Shown: positions 1-7,456 of the stretch, piece by piece | Layout: every line of letters begins with the position of its first letter | How positions within the stretch are numbered: the first letter of the stretch is position 1 | Origin: Planctomycetota bacterium | GTDB taxonomy: Bacteria; Planctomycetota; UBA1135; GCA-002686595 | Length of the DNA stretch: 24,000 bases | Direction of reading: 5' to 3' | Assembly: GCA_016779205.1 (NCBI GenBank) | Contig: JADHOC010000010.1 | Coordinates: 22,108 to 46,107 of the forward strand | The notes under the pieces: generated by a model | Seen by the model: the letters and a program-made list of their open reading frames with translations, nothing else | Told to the model about the DNA's origin: nothing | Database searches by the model: none | Translations under genes and position numbers: made by a program

Positions 1-252
1 TTCACCTCGAGGGGAGCCCTCGCCGGCGTCCGGCGGGGGCCGTGGAAGCTGAAGCTCCCGGAGGGGATGCTCTTTGACGTCGAGCGAGACCCCTCGGAGA
101 CCAAGGACATGGCCGCGAGAGAGCCGGAGCTCCTCGCCGAGCTCCAGGCGCTGGCCACGGAGCTCGCAGCGGGCATCGAGGCCGCCGCGCGGCCTCGACG
201 GGAGGGCGCGCGGCGGGTGTTCGACCCGGAGCGCCCCGGACCGAGCGACTAG
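1..252 (+). CDS. Type-I sulfatase, C-terminal fragment (start lies upstream of the window)
   Basis: Frame 1 is open from base 1 to TAG 250-252. The translation FTSRGALAGVRRGPWKLKLPEGMLFDVERDPSETKDMAAREPELLAELQALA... shows the W-K-L ... L-F-D-x3-D-P-x-E-x2-[ND]-x-A tail that closes most arylsulfatase-type enzymes. Confidence 0.7.
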   Translation, partial: FTSRGALAGVRRGPWKLKLPEGMLFDVERDPSETKDMAAREPELLAELQALATELAAGIEAAARPRREGARRVFDPERPGPSD

Positions 253-3200
253 CGGGTGATCGTGCGCGCTGAGTTGGGCGGCAGGAAGGCCCGGAGCCCA
301 AGGCCGTCCGAGATCCAGAGCACCGGCGGGTCACCCTTCACTGAGGGTGCTTCCCAGGCCACGTAGGACCAGGAGCCATCGCGGCGGATGAGGAACGGGT
401 CGGCGGCGCGCCGCTCGTGATCGCCTGCGGGGACGTCCTCGACGATCCGGTACCACCCGTCCTCGACCAGGATGGACCAGCCGCTGCCGTCGGAGGTGGC
501 GGTACGCAGGGCCGTGTTTCCGCTGCCCGTCGGGCGCTGGACGTTGAAGAGCCCCTGGAAACCGTGTCGGAGGGACTCGTCGAGGCCGCTCGTCTCGGCG
601 TCGCCGCCGTACTCCGGCTTGAGGCTGGAGGTCCAGGACACCACGCTCTTGTCGAGCAGCAGCGCGCGGGCCTCGTCGCCGATGACCACGGGCCCGAAGA
701 CCGGGGGGGACGGGAGCTTGAGGGGCCCGCGGAGCGTGGCCTCCTCGGGGTTCAAGAGCCACGCGCCACCGGCCTCCGTGAGGAAGATCTGGTGTCCCTG
801 GAGCCCGGGCATGGTGACCGGGCGTCGGGCGACCCCGGAGACATCCTTGATGTCCAGGCGCCAACGCATCTCGCCGCCCCAGGCCATGCGTGCGATCGCG
901 CCCTTGCGGTCGCAGACGATGTACTCACCGGTGGAGCCGTCGCCGATCGGCGCGGGGACCGCGTCCACACGGCCCCCGAGATCGAAGTGGACGGCCGGTG
1001 TGCGCGACAGGGCGAGGTCGATGTCCTGGGGGCCCCTGACGACCAGGGCCCGAGAGTCGAAGCCCTCGAGGTCGAAGCGCAGGGTCCAGACGTCGGCGAA
1101 GGTGCCCTCCAGGGTGAAGGGCGTCATCCTCGTCTCGGTGTCGCCAGGGCTATCGTGGCGCTCGATCGTGACGCGGACTCCGGGGGGGGTCGTCTCGATG
1201 TTCCAGGGCAAGAGGACGCGTTCGGCGTCGTCGAAGGTCCCGTGGAGGATCTCCAGCGCGATGTGGTGTTCGCCGCGGCTGGCGGCCTCCTTGGCCCGGG
1301 CAGCAGCGTCGAGCTTGCGCCGGGTGAAGGCCACCTCCTTCTCGAGGACTCGCCTGACCTTTCCGGCCGGGTCGTTCTCGAGGATGCTCTCGTAGTGCTC
1401 CAGCGCGTCCTCGAAGCGGGCCTCTTCGAGGGCTCCGTGGGCGAGCTCGAGGAGCTGGTCGTTCTCCTTCAGGATGCGGGCGTGTTCGGCCTCGAGCCGG
1501 TCGACCGAACGGGTCCGCTCGCGGTTGATCGTCTCCTCGGCGAGGGCGGTCAGCTCCGAGCGGAACGCGTTGAAGAGCGGCGAGCTGAGCTCGTCCTCGG
1601 TCAGGGCGTCCTCCAGGGTCTCGATGCTCTTGAGGACCTCCTTCTCCACCGTGACCTGGCGCGGCGCGTGGATGGTGGGGGGGCCGAGGGAGATGACCTG
1701 TGCCCTGAGCCGCTCGGTGAGCGCGCTGAGGATCTCCGTGCCGCTCCGCCACGGGCGGCTGAGGACCCGCAGCGTCGGGGGCTCGGGGAGCTCCCGGTAC
1801 ATCTCGAGGGCGACGAGGATCTCCCCCTCGACGGCCTCCCGGCGGGCCCGATCGAAGGTGTTGTCCCAGGCCTCGACGAGGAGGGCCTCCTCCTTGCGGA
1901 GCTGGTCCTCGAGTCGCATGCGGAGGTCGAGGACCTCGCCGGAGAGGTCGGTCCTGAAGCCCTGATCGAGGCGCTCCAGCGCGTCGGCGGGTTGGTCGAA
2001 CATCCTGCCGATGGCGGCGATCTCCTCGCGGCGCTCCTCGCTCGCGCGGAGCTTGGAGACGCCCATGGTGGCGAACGTGAGGAGGACCGCGCCGCCGACG
2101 GCGGCCTGACGCCGCATCTTCTTGGAGCGAGTGGAGCGCCGCCTCGCCCGGGTCAGGAGCTCGCGAGCTTCCCGGTTTCGGGGGTCGTGATCCAGGAGGG
2201 AGCGGAGGGGCGTGAGGAGCCGGTCCGCGTGTCCCTGGGCGAGCATGTCCGTGCAGGCGGTGAGGATCCACGGTGCGGCGTCCGCCACGCGGGAGGCGCC
2301 GAGCAGGCCGAGGCCGAGCTCGAGGCGTTCGGAGACCAGCGCCGGCTGGAGGTGGGCGGCGATCGCGAGGGCGGGGCCGCTGCAGACCGCGGAGTGGTGA
2401 TCGCGCAGATCCCGGGCGAGGTCGAGGGCCTCTCGCGGTTCCATGCCGCAGGCATCCCCCTCGTCGCGGAGGCGCGCGGCGGCGAGGTGGAGCCGGACGA
2501 TCCGGTCGCTGGGGCTGAGCCGATGGGCCTCGGTCCAGTGCACCACCGCGTGGGAGGCGCTCTGGAGGGTGGCGTCCATTCGCCGGAGCAGCGTCCGCAC
2601 CTCTCGCATCTCCATGGCTCGGAGCGTCGAGATCAGGCGGCCAGCGAGCCACTCGTTCGTGAGCGCATCCGCGTCGGCGGGGATGAGCGGGCCAGCCGAC
2701 CCCTCGCGGCACCAGACCGCGAGCCGGCTCGCGGCGCGGGAGTACTCCGCGCGCTGCATCTCCTGGATCGCGACGTGGAGCTGTTCGATCGGGTGGGCGA
2801 AGCGCAGGCCGCCGGCCTCGACGCCCTTGAGGAGGCCGAGCTGGACCTGGCGCAGGGGCTGGGCGAGGCGGTCCGCGATCTCCTGGATCGTCGATGAGCC
2901 GTTGCACTCCGTCTGCAGGTCCTGCGGCATCTTCCCCAGCTCGTGCTGGGAGGTGATGCAGGGGGTGCTGGCCGGATCAGGGAGGACCGGCGACCCCGCG
3001 AGCTCGACCTCGTCCGCGATGCGGGCGTACTCGAGGAGCAGGAACTCCACCTGCGTGGGCGGGCAGTGGACGCGGCTCTTCTGGGGTCCCTCGGAGTCGA
3101 GCACCGTGGTCCGGTCACCGATGCTCCCGGGGTTGAACCGGAAGTGGACGCCGCCGCCATCCAGCAGGGCGTAGAGGGTCTCCAGTCGTCCCGCCTTCGC

Positions 3201-3452
3201 GATCGGCTCCAGTCGCTCGACGCTGGGCTCGAAGGTGGGGTCGTCGGCCCAGGCGTCCCGAGCACGGGTCGTCCAGACCTGCGGGTCCTCGTCCGGATCC
3301 GGGAGGAGCCAGGCCTTGCCCTCCTCGATCCCCAGAACAGCACGCTGGGTCCCGGACGCCGTCAGCGTCAGGATGCCCTCCTTCTGCCCCCTGGCGAGCC
3401 CCTGGAGGAGCTCGGCGAGGCCGATTCCACGAACGTCACCCTGGAAGCTCAT
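249..3452 (-). CDS. Large PATAN (DUF4388) domain membrane protein with helical/TPR-like, coiled-coil, PEGA-like and beta-rich C-terminal regions
   Basis: 1067-codon ORF, ATG at 3450-3452, TAG at 249-251. The N-terminus MSFQGDVRGIGLAELLQGLARGQKEGILTLTASG... plus ...LETLYALLDGGGVHFRF fits the PATAN/DUF4388 signature. It is followed by a helical region, a basic stretch with one predicted TM helix (RRQAAVGGAVLLTFATMGVSKL), a long charged coiled-coil-like segment, a PEGA-like module (IETTPPGVRVTIERHD...TPFTLEG...LEGFDSRALVV) and a beta-rich tail. The 826-aa antisense ORF is compositional noise. Confidence 0.8.
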   Translation of the reverse strand: MSFQGDVRGIGLAELLQGLARGQKEGILTLTASGTQRAVLGIEEGKAWLLPDPDEDPQVWTTRARDAWADDPTFEPSVERLEPIAKAGRLETLYALLDGGGVHFRFNPGSIGDRTTVLDSEGPQKSRVHCPPTQVEFLLLEYARIADEVELAGSPVLPDPASTPCITSQHELGKMPQDLQTECNGSSTIQEIADRLAQPLRQVQLGLLKGVEAGGLRFAHPIEQLHVAIQEMQRAEYSRAASRLAVWCREGSAGPLIPADADALTNEWLAGRLISTLRAMEMREVRTLLRRMDATLQSASHAVVHWTEAHRLSPSDRIVRLHLAAARLRDEGDACGMEPREALDLARDLRDHHSAVCSGPALAIAAHLQPALVSERLELGLGLLGASRVADAAPWILTACTDMLAQGHADRLLTPLRSLLDHDPRNREARELLTRARRRSTRSKKMRRQAAVGGAVLLTFATMGVSKLRASEERREEIAAIGRMFDQPADALERLDQGFRTDLSGEVLDLRMRLEDQLRKEEALLVEAWDNTFDRARREAVEGEILVALEMYRELPEPPTLRVLSRPWRSGTEILSALTERLRAQVISLGPPTIHAPRQVTVEKEVLKSIETLEDALTEDELSSPLFNAFRSELTALAEETINRERTRSVDRLEAEHARILKENDQLLELAHGALEEARFEDALEHYESILENDPAGKVRRVLEKEVAFTRRKLDAAARAKEAASRGEHHIALEILHGTFDDAERVLLPWNIETTPPGVRVTIERHDSPGDTETRMTPFTLEGTFADVWTLRFDLEGFDSRALVVRGPQDIDLALSRTPAVHFDLGGRVDAVPAPIGDGSTGEYIVCDRKGAIARMAWGGEMRWRLDIKDVSGVARRPVTMPGLQGHQIFLTEAGGAWLLNPEEATLRGPLKLPSPPVFGPVVIGDEARALLLDKSVVSWTSSLKPEYGGDAETSGLDESLRHGFQGLFNVQRPTGSGNTALRTATSDGSGWSILVEDGWYRIVEDVPAGDHERRAADPFLIRRDGSWSYVAWEAPSVKGDPPVLWISDGLGLRAFLPPNSARTITR

Positions 3453-3602
3453 GGAACGAATAAGTGTGCTGGTGCGTCGTCATGGGATCGGGTGGATGAA
3501 CCGGAGACTCATCCAAGGCGACCTTTCGACTTCCCAGGAGCGGTGCCTGAAGGGGAGGAATCCCCCCCGGGTGGAAACGTTTTCCGCGTGGATCCCCGTG
3601 AG

Positions 3603-4232
3603 TCAGCGGGGCCTTGAGGGCCCCTCCAATCGCTCGCGAAGCGCCAGGAGGTCCTCGGGCGCGTCGAGGTCGTCCAGGATGGCCCGGTCCGAGGTGGCGA
3701 GGGAGAGGAGGGGGGCGGCCCGGTCTCGCAGCTCCCGCAGGGGCGCGTCGGCGGGCAGCTCCCGGGCCTCGGAGGCCAACCGGGCCCCGATGAGGATGGG
3801 GTGCCCGAACCGTCGCCCCTCGGGAGGGGGGCCCTCGACCGATGGCGCGAGCCAGCCGCGCGCCGGTGCGCCGTGCCGCAGCCACTCCGCCGCCAGCGAG
3901 TCGATGAGCGCCGCGCTCACCAGGGGGACGTCCGCCGGGCAGATCAGCAGGTCCGCCCCCGGGAGCCTGGCGGCGGCCAGCGCCACGCCCGAGGTCCGGC
4001 CTTCGCTCCAGTCAGGGTTGTAGGTGACCTCGGCGCCGGGCGCCCAGCGGGCGGCGTGGGCCTCGATCTCGGCGTGGTGGTGACCCGTGATGACCAGCGG
4101 GGCCGCGGGGAGCTTCCCGAGCACCTCCACCAGTCGCTGGATGACGCTCCGGCCGCCAAGGTCGACGAGCGCCTTGGGCTCCCCGAGGCGTCGGGAGGCT
4201 CCGGCGGCCAGGATCACCGGGGCGACGCTCAC
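3603..4232 (-). CDS. MobA/MocA-like nucleotidyltransferase (molybdenum cofactor guanylyl/cytidylyltransferase family)
   Basis: The GTG start (4230-4232) overlaps the upstream stop as GTGA. MSVAPVILAAGASRRLGEPKALVDLGGRSV carries the L-A-A-G-x-S-x-R-[LM]-G-x2-K NTP-binding loop of the family. ...DLLICPADVPLVSAALI... fits the conserved D-x-P region. Confidence 0.8.
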   Translation of the reverse strand: MSVAPVILAAGASRRLGEPKALVDLGGRSVIQRLVEVLGKLPAAPLVITGHHHAEIEAHAARWAPGAEVTYNPDWSEGRTSGVALAAARLPGADLLICPADVPLVSAALIDSLAAEWLRHGAPARGWLAPSVEGPPPEGRRFGHPILIGARLASEARELPADAPLRELRDRAAPLLSLATSDRAILDDLDAPEDLLALRERLEGPSRPR

Positions 4233-5296
4233 GCGCCGACCCAGCGGGCCACCACGGCGCGCGCCTTCGAGGTGTCCTCCGTCCCCTCGACGAGGGCCCG
4301 GCCGTCGGGGAAGAGGGTCACGCGGTTCCCGTCAGCGGTGAATCGAAGGAGCGGGCCTGCCTGGAGAACCTCAATCCCGGCGGCCCGTAGGTTGGCGGCC
4401 ACGAGCTCGGCGGCGGGGGCCGGGGCTCCGGGCGGGGGGAGGACCTGGACGGTGTTCCGCCCGCAGAGCGAGACGGCGTCGTCGGCGGTCGCTCCCTCCA
4501 GGAACTCGAAGCGGCGCTCCGCGCAGCAAGGGCACGCAGGGGCGCGGGGAACCGAGAGCCTCCGGGCGCTGCCAGACCATACGTCCAGGTCGATGAGCGC
4601 AGGGGAGGCGGGCTCCGCTCCGCTCAGCTGCCGCAGCGCGAGGCCTGCCTGCATGGACGCGATCGCGCCCACAGCAGGGCCGAGCACGCCCGCGGTGTCG
4701 CATGTGGGGAGGGCCCCGGGGGGCGGCGGATCAGGGAAGACGCAGCGCAGGCACGGTCCCTCGCCGGGCTGGACGGAGAGGACCAATCCCCCGGACGAGA
4801 CCACCCCGGCGTAGATCCAGGGGACGCCCTCGCGGACGGCGTAGTCGTTGACCAGATACCGGGTGGCCATGTTGTCGGTGCCGTCCAGGATGAGGTCCAC
4901 GCCAGCGCCCAGCTCCAGGAGCTGGTCGGCGTTCAGGTGAATGGCGTGGGGCGTGATCCGCGTGGGGCCGCCGATCGAGGCCAGGGTCTCGGCGGCCGCG
5001 GTGACCTTGGGGGCGCCGGCGGCGGCGTGCTCCTCGGTGAAGAGCACCTGGCGCGGGAGGTTGGTCTCCTCGACCACGTCGCGGTCCACGAGCACCAGCT
5101 CGCCGACGCCTGCCCGGGTGAGCCACTGGGCCAGCACGCCGCCGAGGGCGCCGCAGCCGACGATGAGGACGCGCCGCTCGGCCAGGCGCTGCTGGCCGGC
5201 GACGCCCAGGGGGGCGAAGCGGGCCTGCCGCTCGAAGCGGGGGGCCGGGCCCGGGGGAGGTGCGGCGGCCGGGTCGCTCACAGGGCGAGGGCCCAC
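4229..5296 (-). CDS. ThiF/MoeB/HesA-family E1-like adenylyltransferase, long form with a roughly 85-aa C-terminal extension
   Basis: Motifs present: RFAPLGVAGQQRLAERRVLIVGCGALGG (Rossmann GxGxxG), DRDVVEETNLPRQVLF, two CxxC pairs (CLRC, CPCC) and the loop PTCDTAGVLGP. The C-terminal CGRNTVQV...LFPDGRALVEGTEDTSKA segment resembles the long Bacillus-type ThiF/MoeB-like subfamily (from memory). The start is GTG at 5296. An alternative GTG at 5281 forms a GTGA overlap with the upstream stop. Confidence 0.85.
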   Translation of the reverse strand: MGPRPVSDPAAAPPPGPAPRFERQARFAPLGVAGQQRLAERRVLIVGCGALGGVLAQWLTRAGVGELVLVDRDVVEETNLPRQVLFTEEHAAAGAPKVTAAAETLASIGGPTRITPHAIHLNADQLLELGAGVDLILDGTDNMATRYLVNDYAVREGVPWIYAGVVSSGGLVLSVQPGEGPCLRCVFPDPPPPGALPTCDTAGVLGPAVGAIASMQAGLALRQLSGAEPASPALIDLDVWSGSARRLSVPRAPACPCCAERRFEFLEGATADDAVSLCGRNTVQVLPPPGAPAPAAELVAANLRAAGIEVLQAGPLLRFTADGNRVTLFPDGRALVEGTEDTSKARAVVARWVGA

Positions 5297-5658
5297 ACGA
5301 GGGCCGCGAGCAAGGCGAGGATGACCAGGACGAACCCGGCGGCGAGGGCGAGGGCGGTGCGGTCACGGGGGGGCACGCGGTCGATCTCCACCCAGTTGAA
5401 GTACCGGCGAGCGGAGCCTTCGATGGCGGCGCCGCAGTGGGGGCAGCGGTCGCCCTTGAAGTCGTCCCAGGGGACGACCCCGTCGCACTCCATGCAGTAG
5501 AAGTTCCGGGCGGTCCCGCCCTCCTCGACGCCTGGGGCGTGGTTTCGCCCCCGGTAGTACTCGAGCGACTCCGCGTTCACGGCCTCCCGGGTCCTGGACC
5601 AGTGGTCCTCGGACATGTTGCCGTAGCTCTTGGGCTGGGGAGTCGTGTCGTCTGCCAT
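5278..5658 (-). CDS. Small zinc-ribbon protein with a C-terminal transmembrane anchor (function unknown)
   Basis: The ORF listed as 5278..5811 runs into the tRNA-His gene, so it is trimmed to the internal ATG at 5656-5658 (MADDTTPQPK...). An alternative ATG lies at 5697. It has CMEC-x13-CPHC (zinc-ribbon spacing) and then a hydrophobic tail ALALAAGFVLVILALLAALVWALAL. Its stop overlaps the E1-like gene. Confidence 0.6.
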   Translation of the reverse strand: MADDTTPQPKSYGNMSEDHWSRTREAVNAESLEYYRGRNHAPGVEEGGTARNFYCMECDGVVPWDDFKGDRCPHCGAAIEGSARRYFNWVEIDRVPPRDRTALALAAGFVLVILALLAALVWALAL

Positions 5659-5802
5659 GGGGGCCGGCCCGAGGTCACCGGGGGCGCTCCTGACCATAGC
5701 CCGAGAGGGGACCCGGCGCGACGTCGGCGGAGTCAGGCTTGACAGGGGCGACCCTGATCCCGATCCTCTTGCGCCTGTTCGCCCCTCGGGGCCGGACGGA
5801 CT

Positions 5803-5880
5803 GGTGGGCATAGCTCAGTTGGTTAGAGCGCCGGATTGTGGTTCCGGAGGTCGGGGGTTCAAGTCCCCTTGCCCACCCCA
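5803..5880 (+). tRNA. tRNA-His (anticodon GTG), with encoded G(-1) and 3' CCA
   Basis: Cloverleaf read by hand: G(-1); acceptor GTGGGCA/TGCCCAC; D arm GCTC-AGTTGGTTA-GAGC; anticodon arm CCGGA-TTGTGGT-TCCGG (anticodon GTG); variable loop AGGTC; T arm GGGGG-TTCAAGT-CCCCT; discriminator C; CCA. The extra 5' G opposite C73 is the tRNA-His hallmark. Confidence 0.9.
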
Positions 5881-5883
5881 CCC

Positions 5884-5919
5884 CCCTCCTCGAGGAGGGC
5901 GCCTGCCCGTCGAGGCAGG
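5884..5919. terminator. Two tandem GC-rich hairpins between the convergent tRNA-His and HDOD genes (candidate bidirectional terminator)
   Basis: CCCTCCTCGAGGAGGG (5884-5899) is a perfect 16-nt palindrome starting 4 nt after the tRNA. CCTGCC-cgtcga-GGCAGG (5902-5919) is a 6-bp stem with a 6-nt loop. A further CCCCGGGG sits at 5924-5931. There is no U-tract, so intrinsic-terminator function is uncertain. Confidence 0.35.
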
Positions 5920-5999
5920 GAGGCCCCGGGGGAGGCTCGCGGCCACGGCGGCGGTCGCCGGGCTCTGCGACACGCCCGAGGGCAGCCGCCAGGCGGCGC

Positions 6000-6845
6000 T
6001 CAGTTGCTGATGAATTCCTTCGCGAGGACCAGCTCCGCCTGGAGCGTCTCGCAGAGGTCGCCGAGGTCTTCCGGCTGAAGCCCGATCAACTCGAGGGCCT
6101 TCAGGTTGATCGAGTACCGGAGCCCGTCGGTGGACTCGGACTCGCCGAGCTCCTGGGTCAGGATCTCAGCCAGGTGGATGGTGGCGGCCAGCGCGGCGTC
6201 CGGACCGGCGAGCTCCGGGTGGTGGTGATGGCGGATGACCTCGACCAGCACGTCCGGAAGGGACCAACGGGTCGAGAGGCGAGCCCCGATCTCGGCGTGG
6301 TGGAGCCCAAGGACCTGGCGCTCGGCCTCGATCAGGTCGGTCCCGCTGAGGGCCATGCCCCGGATCTCGTCGATAGCCTCGTCGAGGAATCGATCGAGGA
6401 CGAGGTGTCCGATGTTCTCGAGGAGGCCTGCGGTGTAGGCGCGCTCAGGGTCGACCTTGCCGTGTCGCTCGGCGATGAGGCGCGCGCCGATGGCGTTGGA
6501 CACGCACTGCTCCCAGCGGGCCTCCATGGAGCGACTCTTGGCGCTGCCGTAGTCACGGAAGTACTTACCTGCGCTGGAGGTCAGCACGAGGTTCACAAGG
6601 GTCGTGACGCCCAGGAGGTTCCCTGCCTCGTGGAGCGAGGCGATCTCACGCTGGAATCCGTAGTAGGCTGAGTTGCAGAGCTTGAGCACCTTGGAGGTGA
6701 TGCCCGGGTCGGTCTGGACCAGCTCGATCAGCTCGCTGGGCACAACCTCCTTGCGCCCGGCAACCTCGAGCACGCGCGCTGCGACGCCGGGGAAAGGCTC
6801 GAGACTTCTCATCTCGAACATGAGGTCCTTGAGGGGCACGTGCAT
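6000..6845 (-). CDS. HDOD domain-containing signalling protein
   Basis: 281 aa. ...LIELVQTDPGITSKVLKLCNSAYYGFQREIASLHEAGNLLGVTTLVNLVL... and ...AYTAGLLENIGHLVLDRF... match the HDOD (HD-related output domain) pattern. Alternative ATG starts occur 8 and 11 codons downstream. Confidence 0.85.
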   Translation of the reverse strand: MHVPLKDLMFEMRSLEPFPGVAARVLEVAGRKEVVPSELIELVQTDPGITSKVLKLCNSAYYGFQREIASLHEAGNLLGVTTLVNLVLTSSAGKYFRDYGSAKSRSMEARWEQCVSNAIGARLIAERHGKVDPERAYTAGLLENIGHLVLDRFLDEAIDEIRGMALSGTDLIEAERQVLGLHHAEIGARLSTRWSLPDVLVEVIRHHHHPELAGPDAALAATIHLAEILTQELGESESTDGLRYSINLKALELIGLQPEDLGDLCETLQAELVLAKEFISN

Positions 6846-6970
6846 GGCAGGTCTTCGGCTAGGGAAACTCCCGTCTACTGCCCATTCGGGTGCCGCACCC
6901 GCGTCACTGGAGGGAATCGCCGCAACTCCGCGCGCGTCCCATTTCGCCCCGTCCTCGGGGCCTCGGCCCC

Positions 6971-7456
6971 TCAGTAGGCGCCGGTCTCGTCAAACAGCCC
7001 CTCGGCCTCACGGAACCCCTTGAATTCGAGGGCGTTGCCGGAGGGGTCCCTGAGGAAGAGGGTGCCCTGCTCGCCGGCCTGGCCCCGGAATCGGACGCGC
7101 GGGGGGATGACGAAGTCGCAGCCGGACTCCTGCAGGGAGGCGGCCAGCGCCTCCCAGGCCCCCATGGTGAGCACGATCCCGAAGTGGGGGATCGGGACCT
7201 GGTCCCCATCCACCGGGTTGGCCCCTGCGCCGGGGTCCAGCGAAGCACCGGGCACGAGGTGGACCGTGATCTGGTGCCCCCCGAGGTCGAAGTCGATCCA
7301 CCGGTCAGAGCGCCGTCCCACGCCGGCGCCGAGCAGGCCCACGTAGAATCCCTCGGCCTCGCCGAGGTCGTGCACGGGCAGGGCCAGGTGGAAGGGGCGG
7401 GGCCCGCCGCCCTCGGCTCGAAGAGCCGGGCGGCGGTCATCTCGCGGCTCGCTCAA
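6971..7456 (-). CDS. VOC (glyoxalase/bleomycin-resistance/extradiol dioxygenase) family protein
   Basis: [46 protein letters not shown] ... [18 protein letters not shown] is a typical VOC beta-alpha-beta3 pattern. The listed ORF start (ATG 7570) would overlap the upstream gene by 118 nt. No in-frame ATG or GTG lies between that ATG and the domain. I therefore propose TTG at 7454-7456, which overlaps the upstream TGA as TTGA. The start is uncertain. Confidence 0.7.
   Translation of the reverse strand: MSEPRDDRRPALRAEGGGPRPFHLALPVHDLGEAEGFYVGLLGAGVGRRSDRWIDFDLGGHQITVHLVPGASLDPGAGANPVDGDQVPIPHFGIVLTMGAWEALAASLQESGCDFVIPPRVRFRGQAGEQGTLFLRDPSGNALEFKGFREAEGLFDETGAY

Noticed and set aside
417-2897. 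826-aa plus-strand ORF, together with the 585-aa ORF at 1150..2907 and other ORFs nested in the same region
   Set aside because: It is antisense or out of frame relative to the PATAN gene. The translation is G/A/E/R/L/V/P-rich with no recognisable motif, as expected for alternative frames of a roughly 70% GC gene that lack stop codons. The minus-strand 249..3452 frame has a recognisable domain and protein-like composition.
3453-3602. Lower-GC 150-nt gap with small hairpins (GGGGA-ggaa-TCCCC; GGAAAcgTTTTCC) between the MobA-like gene and the PATAN gene
   Set aside because: The stems are only about 5 bp, imperfect, and lack U-tracts. The gap probably contains the PATAN gene promoter and/or a weak terminator, but nothing specific can be called.
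5739-5767. Consensus -35 hexamer TTGACA (5739-5744) about 60 nt upstream of tRNA-His, with GATCCT 17 nt downstream as a possible -10
   Set aside because: The -35 match is perfect, but the -10 candidate matches TATAAT at only two positions and the lineage's promoter consensus is unknown. That is not enough to call a promoter.
5659-5802. Possible molybdenum-cofactor riboswitch in the leader of the Zn-ribbon/E1/MobA-like operon
   Set aside because: I could only find generic GC-rich inverted repeats (for example AGGGGCGA at 5743-5750 pairing with TCGCCCCT at 5779-5786). I could not recognise the conserved Moco-motif core by eye. A covariance-model scan (Rfam RF01055) is needed before any claim.
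5659-5811. N-terminal extension of the Zn-ribbon ORF up to ATG 5811
   Set aside because: It would overlap the tRNA-His gene (5803-5880) on the opposite strand, and the extension is S/G/P/R-rich with no features. I trimmed the gene to an internal ATG (5658; alternative 5697).
5803-5880. tRNA-His as an integration site for a genomic island
   Set aside because: There is no integrase, recombinase or phage gene on either side. I found no repeat of the tRNA 3' end elsewhere in the window by eye, and the flanking genes share the same extreme GC character.
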